From Chara braunii (lineage: Eukaryota > Plantae > Charophyceae), in contig BFEA01000001.1 of the NCBI GenBank assembly GCA_003427395.1, positions 10,423,030 to 10,487,029 on the forward strand: a stretch of 64,000 nucleotides of DNA, in the 5' to 3' direction. Under the pieces are notes generated by a model, which saw only the letters and a program-made list of their open reading frames with translations, searched no databases and was not told where the DNA came from. Position numbers and translations under genes: made by a program. Positions 61,062-64,000 of this stretch are shown one piece after another (position 1 is the stretch's first letter; the number at the start of each line of letters is the position of its first letter).

Positions 61062-62985
61062 CTCGGTTCCAACACCCGATCTCTGTTTTTCACAATCGAG
61101 CATCGACCCCGCACCTTAGGTTCGGTCAGTCTATACCCTGGATGAGAATTATTTAAGACCCCCCATCAAGGTCTTGCATAATCCACCTCCTCATTCCCAA
61201 ACTCCTCGTTCTTTTGATACCTTCAATCAACCCCCCTTACCTTCTCTTTCACTTGATACCTTCAATCGGGCCCCCTTACCTGTATTATTTTTCTTGGTTC
61301 CTTTCAAATTGACCTTTATCCTCTTCCTCACGATCTTCACTCACTCGTGCAGACTTAGATGAAGGGCGAGAATAAACTAGAATCATGACCCTACCCAACA
61401 ACTCATACCTCAACCAAGCTTTACCGAGGGGGATCACAAAAAGAAAAGGCAGGCAATCTTACATACAGGTTGATCATCTCCTCATCGACCTTTTACCCAC
61501 TGTGATCTCTCCACTTTGCTTTCAGTGGGGCTTCCACCCCACTTCAAGCGCAACTCAACCGTCGCCAACGCGGTACCTCAACTCCGACATAGGGTATCAC
61601 CCCTCTCTCGAGTTTCCATAACTCTGTGTTATGGAATGGCGGAGGGGAAGATGTTGTACGCCACGATATTAATGCTCAAGGCATCTTCTTCTACTTTTTG
61701 GTTCCATTGTGTATAATCTTTCTTATCACCCCTCTACGTTTGCCCAAAATACCCTATACCTTCTTGCCACTCTTGCACACCTCTGTCGATACCGGGAATC
61801 ACCCCGCATACCACTAGTAGGAATCAAGGCTCACAGTTCGGGCATTCACATCCTTTGGACCATCAGGAATTCATCTTTTCCATGACGTACTTTGGGAAGT
61901 TACCGACCGTCCTCAAGGCACCCCCTCACTCCACATGTGGTGGTCTTTCTCCTGCCAGCCAGCAATAGCTGACTCATACGAGATGACTTTTCACATCCCG
62001 CCAGACAAGGTACCGAGTGATACTCAGCCCTCCCTGGCGTGAATACTACTGGCCAACCCGGTGAGACCAACTCCTGCCAACAGCTCGGACCACCCTGCCG
62101 CACATAAAACAAACGACCACCTATGGGAAACGACTTTTCGCAACCTGCCCCAACAGACTCAAACCTTCTTCCTTCCCTTCCACCAACAAGACGCTCAGTT
62201 TAGTCTCAAGTGGGACACACATAAACAAGTGTTTTTCCCTTGGTGCACCCACCGCATCCTACCCATACCTCGCAATTTTTCTCTTAGAACAGTGTGTGTC
62301 ATTCCTCTTACCCTTCCATACACAGTGGTTGATCGATCCCGCTGATTGGGATCGGTTCTTCCGGCAGGGATACACACGTCTCCCCTTCTGCCTATTTCGC
62401 CTTTCCATCCACAACTATGTTCCAAACTTTCTTCACTTCTCAGAGAAATTATTGTATATTCAAGAGTAGCAGGCGCCGGAGTTCATTTAGGGACGGTTTT
62501 GGGGCTATCTAGTGGGGAGCCTGCCACTTAACACGAGGCGATTTATCACCTCAGAGGCGACACAGATTTTTATCTAGATCTTTGGTGTGGTTAATCCAGA
62601 TTTGGATTACCATACGAATATTTGTCCTCTTGTGCCTGTGAAACAACAATTGACTCCTTCCTTGCATTAGCCGAGTTTGGGCGAGGGTGGGGCTCCTTTG
62701 TGTTTCTCTGGATTCGATAGGTTGTGACCTTTTAGCCATCATCGTACATTTTGGTCGGTTGAGGAACGAGAATAGGACGTTAGCCAGCTTCATGATTGAC
62801 CTTATCAAGGTAGTGACGCGCGCACCAGCTTGGATATGGAGCTGGCACCCTCCGCAGGCGATGAGTCATCAGTATCGAGGCGATGGTACCAGTTCAACCT
62901 CATCTTCCTCCTGTGGACGGGCTTACGCTTCAACTTCTCCTCCCCCTTCTCCTTTTTCCTCCTGATTTTCACAACAACCCGTATA

Positions 62986-63425
62986 CCCAAATCCCTTCCC
63001 CAACGTCCTTATTATACCTAAGCCCATCATCGATTTTCTTCTTCGTCCCGATCTCGTCCCTGCCCCTCGTGCTCCTGCTAATCCTACACCTCCATCCATT
63101 TCCTCTTCAGTAGAGGAAATCCCTCCTCCACATGTTTCCACTCCTTCCCAATGAGGCAAAACCATCATCCTACCTTTTTCCCCTGCCTAAAGTGAGACTA
63201 CTATAGTTGGTTCCCCAAATCCCTTTCCAAACGTCCTCAACATACTCAAACCGTCATCGATTTCCTTCTTCGTCCCTATCCCATCCCTGATCCACTTGCT
63301 TTTGCTAATCCTCCACCTCCATCCATTCTGCCTTCCTCTATACGTTCCCACTCCTTCCCAACGAGGCAAACCCCCCATCCTACCTTCTTCCACTGCCCAA
63401 AGTGAGACTACCGTAGTTTGTCCCC
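62986..63425. repeat. Two diverged ~220-bp tandem units
   Basis: cccaaatccctt..aacgtcct...catcgattt.cttcttcgtccc...gaggcaaa...aaagtgagactac at 62986-63213 and 63214-63425. Confidence 0.85.
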
Positions 63426-64000
63426 TCCACAGTTATGGATCTTCACCCGGTCGAGCCGGACCGCCACGCCACTGGCACCAATCACAATCTCCCTCCCTAT
63501 CACTGCCCCCTAGGTGGCATCGAATTCCGCTCGTGTTCCGTGGTAAATAGCCCGCTTGAGGCGCTTAAGTTTCGATCAATTCCCCCTCCTCTTCCTCGTT
63601 ACCCTTGGCCAGCCCTAACAGACTATGTCTATCGTCGATACTATAAACGGTTAGTATTCACCAATTATATATTTATATATGTATATATATATATATATTA
63701 TTAAATAGAACTGTCCGATAAATAGTAGGCAAAGAGGGAGAAGATAACAACAAACGAGGGGCAATGACAAACTGTTTCATCGGAGTTTCATTGACTCATC
63801 AGGAGGATGAACCCTCAACAGTCTGTAGAATCCCCTAACCGATTACACCGTAAGCGATAATCCACCTTAACCCCGGTTGTGGTTAAGCATCAACGACCGA
63901 CAATTGATGCCCAGAGGTGGGCACCAACCACTGCCCTCAAAATACTTGTGACGAAAATCAAAGCAGACTATCGCTCACCCACACAAGATGGAAAACTCTA

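Noticed and set aside
62500-62535. PBS/LTR boundary of element C (TGGCAGGCTCCCCACTAG on the - strand)
   Set aside because: No clear tRNA match and no CA terminus, so element C boundaries remain undefined.

Overview
Repeat-rich eukaryotic DNA. The composition, protein style and Nextera mate-pair scar suggest a charophyte alga such as Chara braunii (inference). There is one intact host gene, an intron-less NAT11/12-type nucleobase-ascorbate transporter (3242-6082, -). The rest is nested transposons: a full-length L1/Tx1-type LINE with a 12-bp TSD (7861-15338); a PIF/Harbinger element (transposase plus convergent Myb/trihelix gene, the latter split by an 8-bp-TSD hAT-like insertion); Ty3/Gypsy element A (22949-33528) with a PHD finger in pol, two extra 3' ORFs and a protein-coding ORF in its LTR; a related solo LTR split by a 19-kb non-autonomous Athila-like element B (5.3/6.0-kb LTRs, tRNA-Asp PBS); and an older decayed element C. 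The main find: undoing the nesting shows that C carries four tightly packed, intron-less, co-oriented paralogues of an unrecognised ~280-aa protein, and a fifth paralogue lies just upstream of gag in B, whose LTRs carry an array of seven interspaced 22-bp motifs. All alignments were made by eye and no database search was possible.
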